DNA from: Desulfobacteraceae bacterium
GTDB lineage: Bacteria > Desulfobacterota > Desulfobacteria > Desulfobacterales > Desulfosalsimonadaceae
NCBI GenBank assembly: GCA_011390465.1
Contig: JAABSH010000014.1
Span: 5,549-69,548 of the forward strand
DNA length: 64,000 nt
Direction of reading: 5' to 3'
Below are positions 45,960-57,100 of this stretch, piece by piece. The notes beneath the pieces are model-generated. The model had not been told where the DNA came from. It ran no database searches and saw only the letters and a list, made by a program, of their open reading frames with translations. Numbering within the stretch: position 1 is the stretch's first letter; every line of letters starts with the position of its first letter. The position numbers were made by a program, and so were the translations under genes.

Positions 45960-48941
45960 ATGAAATTAAAAACATTGTATGGAATAATCTTTGTCTTGGC
46001 ATTGGTGTTGAGTGCCGGATTTGCCGCTGCTGAGGACATTGAGATCCTGGCAGGTGATATTACCACAGATTTGACCCTGACGTCGGATACCGTCTGGCAG
46101 TTGAGCGGGCTTGTTGTGGTAACAAACAATGCGGTGCTGACCATTGAACCGGGCACCACCATCATCGGGGAAAGCGGCACCGGTGCGAACACAAGCTATA
46201 TGATCATTGACAAGGGAGCCAAAATTATAGCGGATGGTACCGCGGCCAACCCGATTATTTTCACCTCAGAAATTGCCTACAATGGCGGCGCTGAAGCCCC
46301 GGGCCAGTGGGGCGGTCTGACCATTATCGGCAATGCGGCGGATGTTGGCGTGCCGGCTGGTGAAGAACAGGTAAAACCCTATGAAGTCAATACGGATTTT
46401 GTTCCCGGCAGCACCAATGCAGCGGATGATTCCGGTACATTGCGCTATGTGGAAATCCTGAACTCCGGTATTACCATGGAACAGGATAAGGAAATCAATG
46501 GTTTGTCCCTGGTCGGCGTCGGCCGTGGCACAACCATTGATCATGTTACGGTAAAACGCAGTGATGATGACGGTATAGAAATCTGGGGCGGTACAGTTGA
46601 CCTGAGCAACTGCTGGGTGGAATACTGTACGGATGACCAGTTTGACATTGATGACGGCTATTCCGGAACCGTAACCAACCTGACTATCATGCAGCACACG
46701 GATGGTAATGCCGGTATTGAAATGTCCGGTTCTACCGATGCTACCTTTGTCGGCTTAACCCTGACCCAGAATTACTCTGATAAGGAAGGCGCCATTTTCT
46801 TTAAGAAAGACGGGATCGGCGGACATTTTGAAGATTGTGAAATCATTGACAACGTTGATGACGGTGTAACGATATATTCCCAGGGAGATGCGGATGAAGC
46901 CAATATCTCCTTTACCAATGTGTCCATCACCAGCCCCAATGTTCTTACGAACTTCGTGGACGCAGACGGCGGCGGCAGCGCCGCGGACATTGAAGCCAAA
47001 TTTGATGCCGGTGGCGGCAACACGGAAACCGGCGGTGTTATTTTTCCGCAGCAGACCCTGGCCGGTGACATCACCATGGACATGACCCTGACTGCTGATA
47101 CGGTATGGGTGCTTGACGGTCTGGTGGCCGTTAAAAATGGTGCGGTACTGACCATTGAGCCGGGCACCACCATTATCGGCAAAAGCGGCACCGGCGCCAA
47201 CACCAGTTACCTGGTGGTTGACAAAGGCTGCCAGATTATTGCCGACGGTACCGCAGCCAACCCGATTATTTTCACCTCGGAAATTGCCTACAACGGCGGT
47301 GCGGAAGCCCCGGGCCAGTGGGGCGGTTTGACCATCATCGGCAACGCAGCAGATGTTGGCGTGCCGGCTGGTGAAGAACAGGTTAAACCTTATGAAGTGA
47401 ATACGGATTTTGTTCCCGGCAGCACCAATGCAGCGGATGATTCCGGTACATTGCGTTACGTGGAAATTTTGAACTCCGGTATTACCATGGAGCAGGATAA
47501 GGAAATCAATGGTCTGTCCCTGGTCGGTGTGGGCAGCGGCACCACCATTGACCATGTGACGGTAAAACGCAGTGATGATGACGGTATTGAAATCTGGGGT
47601 GGTACGGTCAACCTGACGAACTGCTGGGTTGAATACTGCACAGATGATCAGTTTGACATTGATGACGGCTATTCCGGGACCGTGACCGATCTGACCATCA
47701 TGCAGCACACGGATGGTAATGCCGGTATTGAAATGTCCGGTTCCACTGCCGCCACATTTATCGGCCTGAGCCTGACCCAAGATTACTCTGATAAGGAAGG
47801 CGCCATCTTTTTTAAGAAAGACGGCATCGGCGGTACTTTTATTGATTGTGAAATCATCGATAACGTAGATGACGGACAGACCATCTACTCCCAGGGAGAT
47901 GCGGATGAAGCCAATATCTCCTTTACCAACGTGTCCATCACCAGCCCGGATGCAGTTACCAATTTTGTGGATGCAGATGCCGGCGGCAGCGCCGCGGACA
48001 TTGAGGCCAAATTTGATGCCGGTACCGGAAACACGGAAAATGACGGCTCCGGTGCAACCGGTCCAGCCAAACCAACCGGCGTGGATGCGACGGACGGCAC
48101 CCTGGCTGACCGGATTATGGTTACCTGGAATGCGGTCAACGGGGCGACATCCTATGATGTTTACCGGGCGAACCTGCCGGCCTGGGCCGGCGGCATGCCC
48201 ACCCGTATTGCAACTTCCGTTACGGTGACGTCCTATGAAGACACCACTGCGGCATCCGGAAACCAGTATTACTACTGGGTGAAATCCCGCAATGCCCAGG
48301 GAGTGAGCATTTTCAGCATGTTTGATGCCGGATATTACGGCGCTGTGGGGACTGCGCCGGCCCGGCCCATGGTAACGGCAACCGACGGCACCATGACGGA
48401 CAAGGTTACCATTTCCTGGAACGTGGTAGACAACACCCTGGTATATGATGTTTTCCGTGCCCCGATCCCCGCATTCTTCGGGTTCGATCTCGGCATCAAA
48501 CCCGTGCGAATTGCCAGTGTGGAAGGCCTGACATATGATGATACCACGGCAGTTGACGGTAACCGGTATTGCTACTGGGTAAAATCCCGAAATTCCTGGG
48601 GCCCCAGTTTGTACAGCAGGTTTGACACCGGTTATGTCGGCGCGGCCCAGAACCCACCGGCGGCTCCCGCCAACGTAATGGCCACGGATGATCTTTCCGG
48701 CAAGGTTACCGTAACCTGGGATGCATCTGAAGGTGCCATCATTTACGAAATCTGGCGAGCGCTGAAACCGGCTTCCCAGGGTGGCACACCGGTCATGGTG
48801 GGCAAAACCAATAACACCGTGTTAACCTTTGATGATACCACTGCTGTTGCCGGGACAACTTATTACTACTGGGCCAAAGCCCAGGATTCCTGGGGATCCA
48901 GCGCATATGGCAAGTTTGATACAGGTGTTGCCGGGCAGTAG
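45960..48941 (+). CDS. secreted repeat protein: two ~337-aa modules plus three FN3-like modules
   Basis: Signal peptide MKLKTLYGIIFVLALVLSAGFAAA; duplicated module ILAGDIT...LTIEPGTTIIG...PIIFTS...; three C-terminal ~95-aa units with the pattern ATDG...V.W..V.GA..Y.V.RA...YYYWVK. aggagg RBS upstream. Confidence 0.75.
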   Translation: MKLKTLYGIIFVLALVLSAGFAAAEDIEILAGDITTDLTLTSDTVWQLSGLVVVTNNAVLTIEPGTTIIGESGTGANTSYMIIDKGAKIIADGTAANPIIFTSEIAYNGGAEAPGQWGGLTIIGNAADVGVPAGEEQVKPYEVNTDFVPGSTNAADDSGTLRYVEILNSGITMEQDKEINGLSLVGVGRGTTIDHVTVKRSDDDGIEIWGGTVDLSNCWVEYCTDDQFDIDDGYSGTVTNLTIMQHTDGNAGIEMSGSTDATFVGLTLTQNYSDKEGAIFFKKDGIGGHFEDCEIIDNVDDGVTIYSQGDADEANISFTNVSITSPNVLTNFVDADGGGSAADIEAKFDAGGGNTETGGVIFPQQTLAGDITMDMTLTADTVWVLDGLVAVKNGAVLTIEPGTTIIGKSGTGANTSYLVVDKGCQIIADGTAANPIIFTSEIAYNGGAEAPGQWGGLTIIGNAADVGVPAGEEQVKPYEVNTDFVPGSTNAADDSGTLRYVEILNSGITMEQDKEINGLSLVGVGSGTTIDHVTVKRSDDDGIEIWGGTVNLTNCWVEYCTDDQFDIDDGYSGTVTDLTIMQHTDGNAGIEMSGSTAATFIGLSLTQDYSDKEGAIFFKKDGIGGTFIDCEIIDNVDDGQTIYSQGDADEANISFTNVSITSPDAVTNFVDADAGGSAADIEAKFDAGTGNTENDGSGATGPAKPTGVDATDGTLADRIMVTWNAVNGATSYDVYRANLPAWAGGMPTRIATSVTVTSYEDTTAASGNQYYYWVKSRNAQGVSIFSMFDAGYYGAVGTAPARPMVTATDGTMTDKVTISWNVVDNTLVYDVFRAPIPAFFGFDLGIKPVRIASVEGLTYDDTTAVDGNRYCYWVKSRNSWGPSLYSRFDTGYVGAAQNPPAAPANVMATDDLSGKVTVTWDASEGAIIYEIWRALKPASQGGTPVMVGKTNNTVLTFDDTTAVAGTTYYYWAKAQDSWGSSAYGKFDTGVAGQ
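46044..48038 (+). repeat. in-frame tandem duplication, period 1011 bp (337 codons)
   Basis: Unit 1 is 46044..47054 and unit 2 starts at 47055. By my manual count there are 31 amino-acid differences in 328 aligned residues with no indels, and a 100-residue block is identical at protein level despite synonymous nucleotide differences. Confidence 0.85.
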
Positions 48942-48980
48942 AGATAAGATTGATTCATAGAAACGTAAAAGTATGAGCAG

Positions 48981-49029
48981 ATTATCAGTTGCCAGTGGCT
49001 GTTTGCACTGGCAACTGATAATTTTTTTT
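48981..49029 (+). terminator. strong rho-independent terminator
   Basis: 17-bp perfect stem attatcagttgccagtg / cactggcaactgataat with an 8-nt loop, followed by ttttttt. Confidence 0.8.
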
Positions 49030-49078
49030 AACAAAATCAACGATAATTATGTGATTACAGCCATTTGAGGTGTCGATT

Positions 49079-49852
49079 GTGACAAAGCATATTAAAATTT
49101 TCACCATTTGCATGTGCTTGATGATCTTGCTTTCTCCGGTATCGGGGCTGGCGGATGATGCGGAAATGATAAAATCCATCATGGCATTACGGGCCGATGT
49201 GGAATCGCTCTATACCAGGATAGATGAAAACAAAGAAAAATATAAAGCCCAGATGAAATCCCTCAACCTGCAGATAGCAGACAGCGATGCACAGATTAAC
49301 CGTATCAATACATCGATTAAACTGGCGGATCAGGAACTGGAAAAGATCCAGGATAAAATCGCCAATGCCGCAACAGACAACATTGAGTTGCGGCCGATGC
49401 TCAAGGATGCCCTTGTCCTGTTGGAAAAGAATATCCGGACCGGGATTCCTTTTAAAGTACCGGATCGGCTGGCAGCCCTTGAAAAGATAGAATCGGATAT
49501 TGAGCAGGAAACCATAACCAATGAAAGAGCCCTGGCGCTGCTGTGGGCAAGTTATGAAGATAACATCCGGCTGACCAGTGAAATCGGCCTGTTTAAGCAG
49601 GCTGTAACCATCGATGGGCAGAATGTCCTTGCTCAGGTCGCCAAAATCGGATCCGTAATGCTTTTTTTCGCAACCCCGGATGACCGGCTGGGATATGTGG
49701 TAAAGGACAATGGCGGATATACTTATGTGACCGTTAACAATAAAGAAAAACGAGAATCAATCATGGCGCTTTTTGATGCCCTTGGCAAACAGATCAGAAC
49801 CGGATATTTCAGAATTCCGAATGCGCTTGTTTTGACAGGAGGCGCCCTATGA
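49079..49852 (+). CDS. DUF3450/TtpB-like periplasmic coiled-coil protein of the TonB2-type system
   Basis: Signal peptide, a coiled-coil N-terminal half, and a C-terminal pattern (IPFKVPDRLAALEKIE...YEDNIRLTSEIG...IGSVMLFFATPD) resembling DUF3450. The ORF-track start is GTG 49070; GTG 49079 has gagg 8 nt upstream. Confidence 0.65.
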   Translation: MTKHIKIFTICMCLMILLSPVSGLADDAEMIKSIMALRADVESLYTRIDENKEKYKAQMKSLNLQIADSDAQINRINTSIKLADQELEKIQDKIANAATDNIELRPMLKDALVLLEKNIRTGIPFKVPDRLAALEKIESDIEQETITNERALALLWASYEDNIRLTSEIGLFKQAVTIDGQNVLAQVAKIGSVMLFFATPDDRLGYVVKDNGGYTYVTVNNKEKRESIMALFDALGKQIRTGYFRIPNALVLTGGAL

Positions 49853-51180
49853 GATTGTTAATTACCATTTCACTGGTCTTTTTTATGATTTTTTCTCTGA
49901 TTCCTATTGTTGGCGCAGATGAGCTTTCGGATGCCTATGTGAAGGAATACACATTCCTGAAAGCGCAGAAAGAAGAGCTTGCGCGGCGGCTGCAAAAGGA
50001 GGAGGAACAGCAAACCCGGGAAATTGAATTATCCGAAAAAAAGGTTAAAAATCTTCAGGACGTCCATGTGGCCTTATCAAAACAGCTGAAGCAAAAAGAG
50101 GTGGATATCGATAAAGCCCATGAAAAACTGCTGGATACAACCAGTAACAAGGAAATCATCAACAGCGTTATTGTTCAGGCGAAAATGAGTTTAGAGAAGT
50201 TCGGGATTATTGTCGATGATACCGCGCCCGCCAAAGTAAAAACAATGGCGTCCGCGTTTCAGGATTCAGCGGTTCTGTATCAGAACCTTTCCGCCATGCA
50301 CGTTGAAGAGGGCCAGTTTTATCTTCTGGACGGCACAACTACCCGGGGGGAAATCGTAAAAGTCGGCAATATCGCAGCCTATGGCATATCGGCAAAGCAG
50401 AGCGGTGCCCTGGCGCCTGCCGGAAATGGCGAATACAAATTATGGAACCAGCCGGGCAGTGATGATGATGCCAGGGCCCTGTATGGCCGGGAAATGCCGG
50501 AAATGCTGGATATTTTTATCTATGAAAATCGGGATAAGGATGCTGAATATCAAGCGGAAAAAACGGCCGGAGACATACTGGAAGCCGGCGGTGTGATTGG
50601 TTTCGTAATTATGGGGCTTGGAATTGCAGGTTTGCTGCTGATTCTTTCAAGGGTTCTTTTCCTGTTGCGGGCCGGCAGCCGCGTAAAGCGGATTACCGGG
50701 ATTGTTTATGAGAAGCTGGAAAGCGGCAAGGGCTCGGAGGCGTATGAGGCCATCAGGGATTTTAAAGGTTCCACCGCACGGGTGATCCGGGCGACCCTGC
50801 GAAACATCACCAGTGACAGGGAACATATTGAAGACATTATTACAGAAAATATTTTAAATGAAAACAGAGCGCTTGACCGGTTTGCCAATTTTATTCTGGT
50901 CATCGCCGCCGTGGCCCCGCTTCTCGGCCTGTTGGGAACGGTGACCGGCATGATCAACACCTTTGATATTATCACCGTTCACGGCACGGGTGACCCGAAG
51001 CTGTTGAGCGGCGGTATATCCGAAGCCCTGGTGACCACCATGTTCGGACTGATTGTCGCCATTCCCCTCTTGCTGTTGGGAAATCTTGCCAATGGCTGGG
51101 CGGAGAATATCAAAGACTCGATGGAGCAAAGCGCTCTGCATGTTGTTAACCTTTATGAAAAAAGTTCTAACGCAAAATGA
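49849..51180 (+). CDS. TtpC-like MotA/TolQ/ExbB-family proton channel protein with a long N-terminal periplasmic coiled coil
   Basis: The C-terminal 3-TM MotA/ExbB domain (APLLGLLGTVTGMINTF...GGISEALVTTMFGLIVAIP) is preceded by ~230 aa of coiled coil. ATGA overlap with the upstream gene. Confidence 0.75.
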   Translation: MRLLITISLVFFMIFSLIPIVGADELSDAYVKEYTFLKAQKEELARRLQKEEEQQTREIELSEKKVKNLQDVHVALSKQLKQKEVDIDKAHEKLLDTTSNKEIINSVIVQAKMSLEKFGIIVDDTAPAKVKTMASAFQDSAVLYQNLSAMHVEEGQFYLLDGTTTRGEIVKVGNIAAYGISAKQSGALAPAGNGEYKLWNQPGSDDDARALYGREMPEMLDIFIYENRDKDAEYQAEKTAGDILEAGGVIGFVIMGLGIAGLLLILSRVLFLLRAGSRVKRITGIVYEKLESGKGSEAYEAIRDFKGSTARVIRATLRNITSDREHIEDIITENILNENRALDRFANFILVIAAVAPLLGLLGTVTGMINTFDIITVHGTGDPKLLSGGISEALVTTMFGLIVAIPLLLLGNLANGWAENIKDSMEQSALHVVNLYEKSSNAK

Positions 51181-51803
51181 TAGAAAGCATAACAGCCAAC
51201 CTGGAACTGTTTGCCGCCATCATGAACAATGGCGGCCTGGCGATGTGGGTTCTCTTTTTCCTGAATCTGATGCTCTGGTACGGTCTCGGGTACCGGCGTC
51301 TTACCTTGAGAAGAGGGACAATGGGCAATGTCCGAAGGCTGGTCAGAAGCCATGTGAAGAAGGGCGGCAAAAGAGAGTGCAAAGGCATCATTGACTATGC
51401 GATTGTGGATGCACTGAAAGCAGCCTCCGAGGCCCGCAGGATTGGTCAAAAACCCAGAAAATATATTGCCGACGCATTGTGGCCCTACCTGACAAGTATT
51501 AAAAAATATTCAATCCTTGTTAAGACAATTGTCGTTATGGCCCCTCTTATCGGCCTGCTGGGCACTGTTGTCGGCATGATCGAGACATTCGACGCCCTTC
51601 AGAACAATGTGATGTTCTCCCAGGGAGACAGCATCTCCGGCGGTATTTCCAAAGCGCTGTTCACCACCGAGCTGGGCCTGATTGTTGCGGTCCCCGGGCT
51701 CATCATCGGGAGATCGCTGGACAAGCAGCAGGTCCGACTTGGCCTGGAGTTTGAGCAGATTACAGATATTATCAGCACAAAGGAGTCGGCAGATGAGACT
51801 TAG
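51177..51803 (+). CDS. exbB: ExbB/TolQ-family proton channel
   Basis: MAPLIGLLGTVVGMIETF...GGISKALFTTELGLIVAVP. ATGA overlap with the upstream gene. Confidence 0.8.
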   Translation: MIESITANLELFAAIMNNGGLAMWVLFFLNLMLWYGLGYRRLTLRRGTMGNVRRLVRSHVKKGGKRECKGIIDYAIVDALKAASEARRIGQKPRKYIADALWPYLTSIKKYSILVKTIVVMAPLIGLLGTVVGMIETFDALQNNVMFSQGDSISGGISKALFTTELGLIVAVPGLIIGRSLDKQQVRLGLEFEQITDIISTKESADET

Positions 51804-52200
51804 AAGAAAAGACCATACGGTTGATCATATTGATGTGTCTCCGCTGATTGACATGGTATTTATCCTTTTGATTTTTTTCATGGTCACCACGACATTTGTC
51901 AAGGATATGAAACTGGACCTTGACCGGCCCAGTGCGGCATCTGCCGCTATTGTCAATGAAAAGGTTATCAGGGTGTATATCGACAGCAATCGGGAAATTT
52001 TTATCGACAATCAGCCGATCAAGGTGTGGGCGATCCAGAGCAAGCTCAGGGATCTGCTCAGAAGTTCCACAAGCAAGGCCGTTCTGGTTGTCACGGATAC
52101 GGCGATCCCCGTTGAATCCCTCATTGATGTGATTGACGAGTGCAAAATGAGCGGCGCCAAGGATGTTGCCGTATCCACGACCAAGGAGCTGGGAGCATAA
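51793..52200 (+). CDS. exbD: ExbD/TolR-family protein
   Basis: IDVSPLIDMVFILLIFFMVTTTF is the signature N-terminal TM region. aggag sits 7 nt upstream of ATG 51793. The longer ORF-track start at 51682 lies inside exbB. Confidence 0.85.
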   Translation: MRLRRKDHTVDHIDVSPLIDMVFILLIFFMVTTTFVKDMKLDLDRPSAASAAIVNEKVIRVYIDSNREIFIDNQPIKVWAIQSKLRDLLRSSTSKAVLVVTDTAIPVESLIDVIDECKMSGAKDVAVSTTKELGA

Positions 52201-52856
52201 TGGGTACCACTGGTGGTTACACTTCAAGGTTCCGGGGCATTGGTGCGTTTTTTTTCATGCTGCTGGGCGGCATGCTGATGGTGCTGCTGGTTGTCGCCTT
52301 AAACAAGTCCGTGGATAAAAAAGAAGATACCGTTAAAAGACAGACCCGCATCGTTAAGATGAAAAAGGTCGAGAAAAAGATTGTAAAAAAAGAAAAACCA
52401 AAGGCAGCAGCCAGAACCAGACGCACCAAAACCGCTTCAAAGGCCCAGCCGCCGGATCTGAGTGCCATGATCGGCGGCATTGAGATGAATATCCCCGAAT
52501 TTGCCGCTGCTACCGGTGGTATTGACGGTGATTCCCGGGAACTGTTGGATGAAATTGCGGAAGATACCGTGATGAATGAGGATACTGTTGACAACAAACC
52601 CCGGATAACCCACCGGGCGGACATCGAATACCCGGCTGATGCGGCAAAAGACGGCATCCAGGGGTATGTGGTGGTGCATCTTCTCGTTGCCAAAGACGGC
52701 AGTGTTCAGTTGGCCAAAGTTCTGGAAGCAGAACCCCAGGGGGTTTTTGAAGCTACCGTATTAAACGGTGTCCGGGACTGGCAGTTTTCGCCTGCCAGGT
52801 ACAAGGGAGACCCCGTACAGGTATGGGTGAAGCAGAAAATCCGATTCAATACCTGA
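52200..52856 (+). CDS. tonB: energy transducer TonB
   Basis: N-terminal TM anchor, Lys/Pro-rich linker, and the C-terminal TonB domain (YPADAAKDGIQGYVVVHLLVAKDGSV...GDPVQVWVKQKIRF). TAATG overlap with exbD. Confidence 0.8.
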   Translation: MGTTGGYTSRFRGIGAFFFMLLGGMLMVLLVVALNKSVDKKEDTVKRQTRIVKMKKVEKKIVKKEKPKAAARTRRTKTASKAQPPDLSAMIGGIEMNIPEFAAATGGIDGDSRELLDEIAEDTVMNEDTVDNKPRITHRADIEYPADAAKDGIQGYVVVHLLVAKDGSVQLAKVLEAEPQGVFEATVLNGVRDWQFSPARYKGDPVQVWVKQKIRFNT

Positions 52857-52886
52857 TTCCCTTTTTTTAATGCCATAGAGGGTTGT

Positions 52887-54164
52887 ATGAAAAACTTCAT
52901 ATTTATATTTTTTTGTGTTTTTTTGTTTTTAACCGTTGCTTACGCTCAGGACGACGCTGAAAATGCGGAAGTCGATCACCTGGCCCTGGCCACCCTCATG
53001 ATATATGACGGCCGGCTGGACAAAGCCGAGGCTGAGCTTGCCCATGTGGATACGGCGAGCGAAGCATTTGACGCAGCCCGCTATTACACCGTCAGCGGTG
53101 TGCTGGCTTCCAAAAAAGAAGCCTATGAAACCGCCATTGAAAATTACCTGCTTGCCATTGACGCCACAAAAGCCAAAACCTTTGCGCCCCCAAATGTGGA
53201 AGAGAAGCGGAAATACCTTTTTTCTCTGGGCAACAGTGAGACTGAAAATGCCTCCCCCCCGGTGCCGGCGTTTGACGGGGAAAAAATCAAAAAAGAAAAA
53301 TTGGATAAGCTTCACATCTATCTTTCTCAGGCGTATTACAAGGTGAAGGATTACGCCAACACCGTCAAACATCTTGATCTGGCCGGAGAACGCGGAAGAA
53401 ACCGGGCTGCCCTTTTCTCCCTGCGGGCTGAATGCTACTGGAAAATAGAACAATTCAATGAGGCCATATCCGCGCTTAACAAGGGCCTTGCGCTTTTTCC
53501 GGACGATGCGGCCCTGCTGAAACAGAAATATTATTCTTTCGCTGATCTTGGACTATATCAGTCCGCTGTTAAATGCGCCCGGCATTACATGCGAGTGATT
53601 CAGGCGGACGCCGAAGAATACATCATTCTCGCCCAGCTTCTCATCGAAGTGGAACAGGAGGATGAAGCCATTAAAATTCTTGAAACGGCCAAAGGAAAAT
53701 TCCCGGAAAATGCGAAAATTATCATGCTGCTGGGCCATATCTACATGGAAAAAGGTAAAAATTTTACAGCGGCCCGGCTATTCAAAGATGCCGCCTATCT
53801 TGACAAAAAATATCTTAAGGATGCCGTTGAAATGCACCGGCGGATAAAAGATTTTTCCCATGCCATCTATCTCAATACTCAGATGGCCGATAAAATGGAA
53901 AAATTGCGACAAAAAGTGGCGATATATCTTGACCGGGGCGAATTTGAAAAAGTGATCGGCTTAACGGATGGACTGGAACGTTACAACCTTCTGGAGGATG
54001 ATAATCTCCGGTATGCGCTTGCCTATTCCTATTACATGGCAAAAGACTATCCCAATGCCGAGTTTCACCTGAAAAAGATATACGATAATGCGCTTTTTGC
54101 CAAAGGGACCGTGATTCTCAGAAATATTGAAAAGTGCAGGCAAAACAGTACGGAGTGTTTTTAG
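52887..54164 (+). CDS. TPR-repeat protein (TtpD-like)
   Basis: Signal peptide plus multiple 34-aa TPR-like A/Y/L repeats. Its position after tonB matches the Vibrio TonB2 cluster layout. Confidence 0.65.
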   Translation: MKNFIFIFFCVFLFLTVAYAQDDAENAEVDHLALATLMIYDGRLDKAEAELAHVDTASEAFDAARYYTVSGVLASKKEAYETAIENYLLAIDATKAKTFAPPNVEEKRKYLFSLGNSETENASPPVPAFDGEKIKKEKLDKLHIYLSQAYYKVKDYANTVKHLDLAGERGRNRAALFSLRAECYWKIEQFNEAISALNKGLALFPDDAALLKQKYYSFADLGLYQSAVKCARHYMRVIQADAEEYIILAQLLIEVEQEDEAIKILETAKGKFPENAKIIMLLGHIYMEKGKNFTAARLFKDAAYLDKKYLKDAVEMHRRIKDFSHAIYLNTQMADKMEKLRQKVAIYLDRGEFEKVIGLTDGLERYNLLEDDNLRYALAYSYYMAKDYPNAEFHLKKIYDNALFAKGTVILRNIEKCRQNSTECF

Positions 54165-57100
54165 ATGAAAATAATTTGTGGGCGTTGCTTGTTTATATTT
54201 TTTGTTCTTATACCCTCTGGCCTGTTGGCAAACCAGGCAAAGGATGGCTTGCCTGAAAAGGGAAGTTTAAGCGTATTTGTCTTTACAGAGGGCCGGCCCC
54301 TGCCTGGCGTTGAAATTATTATTGACGGGGAATCTTCCCACCGAACCGATGCGGATGGTTCCCGGAAAATTGTCCTTGATGTTGGCCGGCACCAGGTTCA
54401 GATCGTGGGCAAAACTGAAAAAGGGCTGAATCTTGGCTATATCAAGCAGTCTGTTGAAATTAAAAACGGCAAGGATACCCAGTTTGTGGCACGGTTTGTA
54501 TCAGATAGAGATGATCTGATCATGATCGATACGCCTCTTGACGGCAGACAGTCGCGCGTTGACGCTTCTTTTGGAAAAGCCTATTTGCACGGGACCATTC
54601 TTTCCGGCGAAACCGGCAATCCCGTTTTAAATGCCAGGGTTTTTGTCAAAGGCACATCCGTGGATGCCCGTACCAATGAAGACGGCTATTTTATAATTGA
54701 GGTGCCGGCCCAGGTACCGGTGAGCATTTCCCTGGTGCATTCCGAATACGCCGCCCATACCCTGAATGATATTTATCTTCTGAAAGATGAACATGTGGCA
54801 AAAGAATTCCGGCTTATGCCGGCCAGTATGGAGCTTGAGGAATTTGTGGTCCTCGCCCCCAAAGTAAAGGGAAGTATTGCGAGTATTGTTGCCGAAGAAA
54901 AAGAGACCCATTCCATTTCCAATATTTTAAGTTCCGAAGAATTCGGGAAAAAAGGGGACAGTGATGCTGCCGGCGCCTTGAAACGGGTTACCGGGGTTAC
55001 CCTAGTCGGCGGCAAAGACGTGTATGTGCGGGGGCTGGGGGAACGCTACTCCAACATTGAAATGAACTCCATGCCGCTTCCGTCTCCCAATCCTCTGAAA
55101 CGGGCCGTGCCCCTGGATATTTTTCCGGCCGGCGCCATCAGTTCCATGAAAGTGCAGAAAAGCGCCACTGCGGATATTCCCAGCAGTTTTGGCGGTGGGT
55201 ATATTGATATCCGGACAAAAGACAGCGCAAGAGATGATTTTTTCAAAATCGGCGTTGACCTTAAAGGCAACACGAACACCGGGGATGATATGTATACCTA
55301 TGAGGGCAGCGACTCGGATTGGACCGGATTTGATGACGGCTACAGAGAAATTGATTCGGTAATTTTAAAAAATTCAAAAGTGGAAGTGGGAAAACGGATT
55401 ACCGGGCTCACCTTAAGCAATTTTACCAAAGAAGAGCTCTCTGAAATGACGCAGGATTTTGCCAATCGGGATTATGATGTCACGGAGGAAAGCCAGCCGC
55501 TTGGGTTCGGGTTCGGGGCTGAAGGGGCGAAATCTTTAGATATCAGTGAGGTACACCATTTTACGTTGTTTGGCAATTATAAATATGACACTGATTCCGA
55601 ATCCAGGACCGAAACCTACCATAACTATGAAATGCAGAAAAGTACGGGCGAGTTTTATGAGGAGCCATCCCAGTCCGGCACCATTGACAGATCCATTACG
55701 GAACATTCTCACAACGCGCTGCTGAATCTTGGGTATAATTACGCAGATGTTTTTAAGCTGCGATACACAAAATTGTATACGCACAATGCCGATGATGTCA
55801 CCAAGGTGGCGGACGGCATCATGGGATCCAATGATGAGGATATGACCAAATATTATCTGAACTGGGAAGAACGCACCATGGATGTCGACCAGATCAACGG
55901 CACCTTTGATTATGCCCTGTTCGGCAATATGAACACCTTCAGTTTTGGTGCGGAAATGGCAACCGCCGAGCTTTACCAGCCCAATAATTATCAATATACC
56001 TACCGGAACGAAGGGGATGCCCCGTTTCTGGACAATAAGATCTCAAACAGCATTGCCAATAACCTTGAATCAGATGATGATGTGACCGCCTTTTATGTAC
56101 AGAATAAATTTTACTTTAACCTGCTGAGTGATGAAGATTATATTGATATCGGCATGTCCACAAGTTCAAAGGAACGGGAATCCCGGCAGAACAAATTTTT
56201 TCTCCAAAAGCAGGGAGCTGGGTCTATTGTGAATGATAGTGAATTTACCGGAACCATTGAGCAAATCTATGATACCTATGTCTGCGCGGATATACCCTAT
56301 GACGAGAGAAGCCTGCTTGTCGGACAACTTTTTTCCCCCGCGGATCACTATGATGCGGAAGTGGATGAAACCAGTTTTTTCCTTAATTCCTTTTTTAAAC
56401 CCGCAAAGAAACTGGAAGTGCTTTTAGGGGTCCGGTCCGTGGATTTTACGCAGACGATCTATCAGTTTGTCGAAGACAGAGACAATCCGGATATGTCTTT
56501 AAGGCGCCTGATTACCAGGGTGCCTGAAGAGCTGACCGTCAATGAAATTTACCCGAGCATGGGGATCAAATATCTTTATGATGAGGATAATATAATTGAT
56601 ATTGCTTTTTCCAAAACCTACATTGCCCCGGATTTGCGGGAATTTACCAGCGGTGAATACTTTCATCCTTATGAAGTGGCAACCATTATAGGGAACCCCG
56701 ACCTGGTCAATACGGATATCTACAGTTTCGATCTGAAATACGGCCATTATTTTTCCGATACTCAGAACATTAAATTCGGCTTGTTCTACAAACAATTGGA
56801 CAAGCCCATTGAAGATGTCATGATACCGTCTTCATCCCTTCCCATTTACGGGTTTGATAATGCGGACAAAGCGGTCCTTTATGGTCTTGAAATAGACGGA
56901 CGCAAGGATTTTTCATTTGTCAGCCAATGGCTGGAAAATTATTATATCGCCGGCAATCTGTCCTTTACAAAATCCGAAGTCACCCTGACAAAAGAGCAGG
57001 AGACCATCTACAGCACCAACCACCGGGACCTTCAGGGGTTGTCCCCCATTGTTGTGAATATCACCCTTGGATATGATGTCAAACGCCGCAGCGTGACCCT

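Noticed and set aside
46266-47780. Antisense ORFs 46266..46697, 46755..47780 and 46772..47203 within the repeat protein gene
   Set aside because: They are duplicated simply because the sense gene is duplicated, and they have no signal or motifs. The sense frame has a signal peptide, an RBS and modular repeats.
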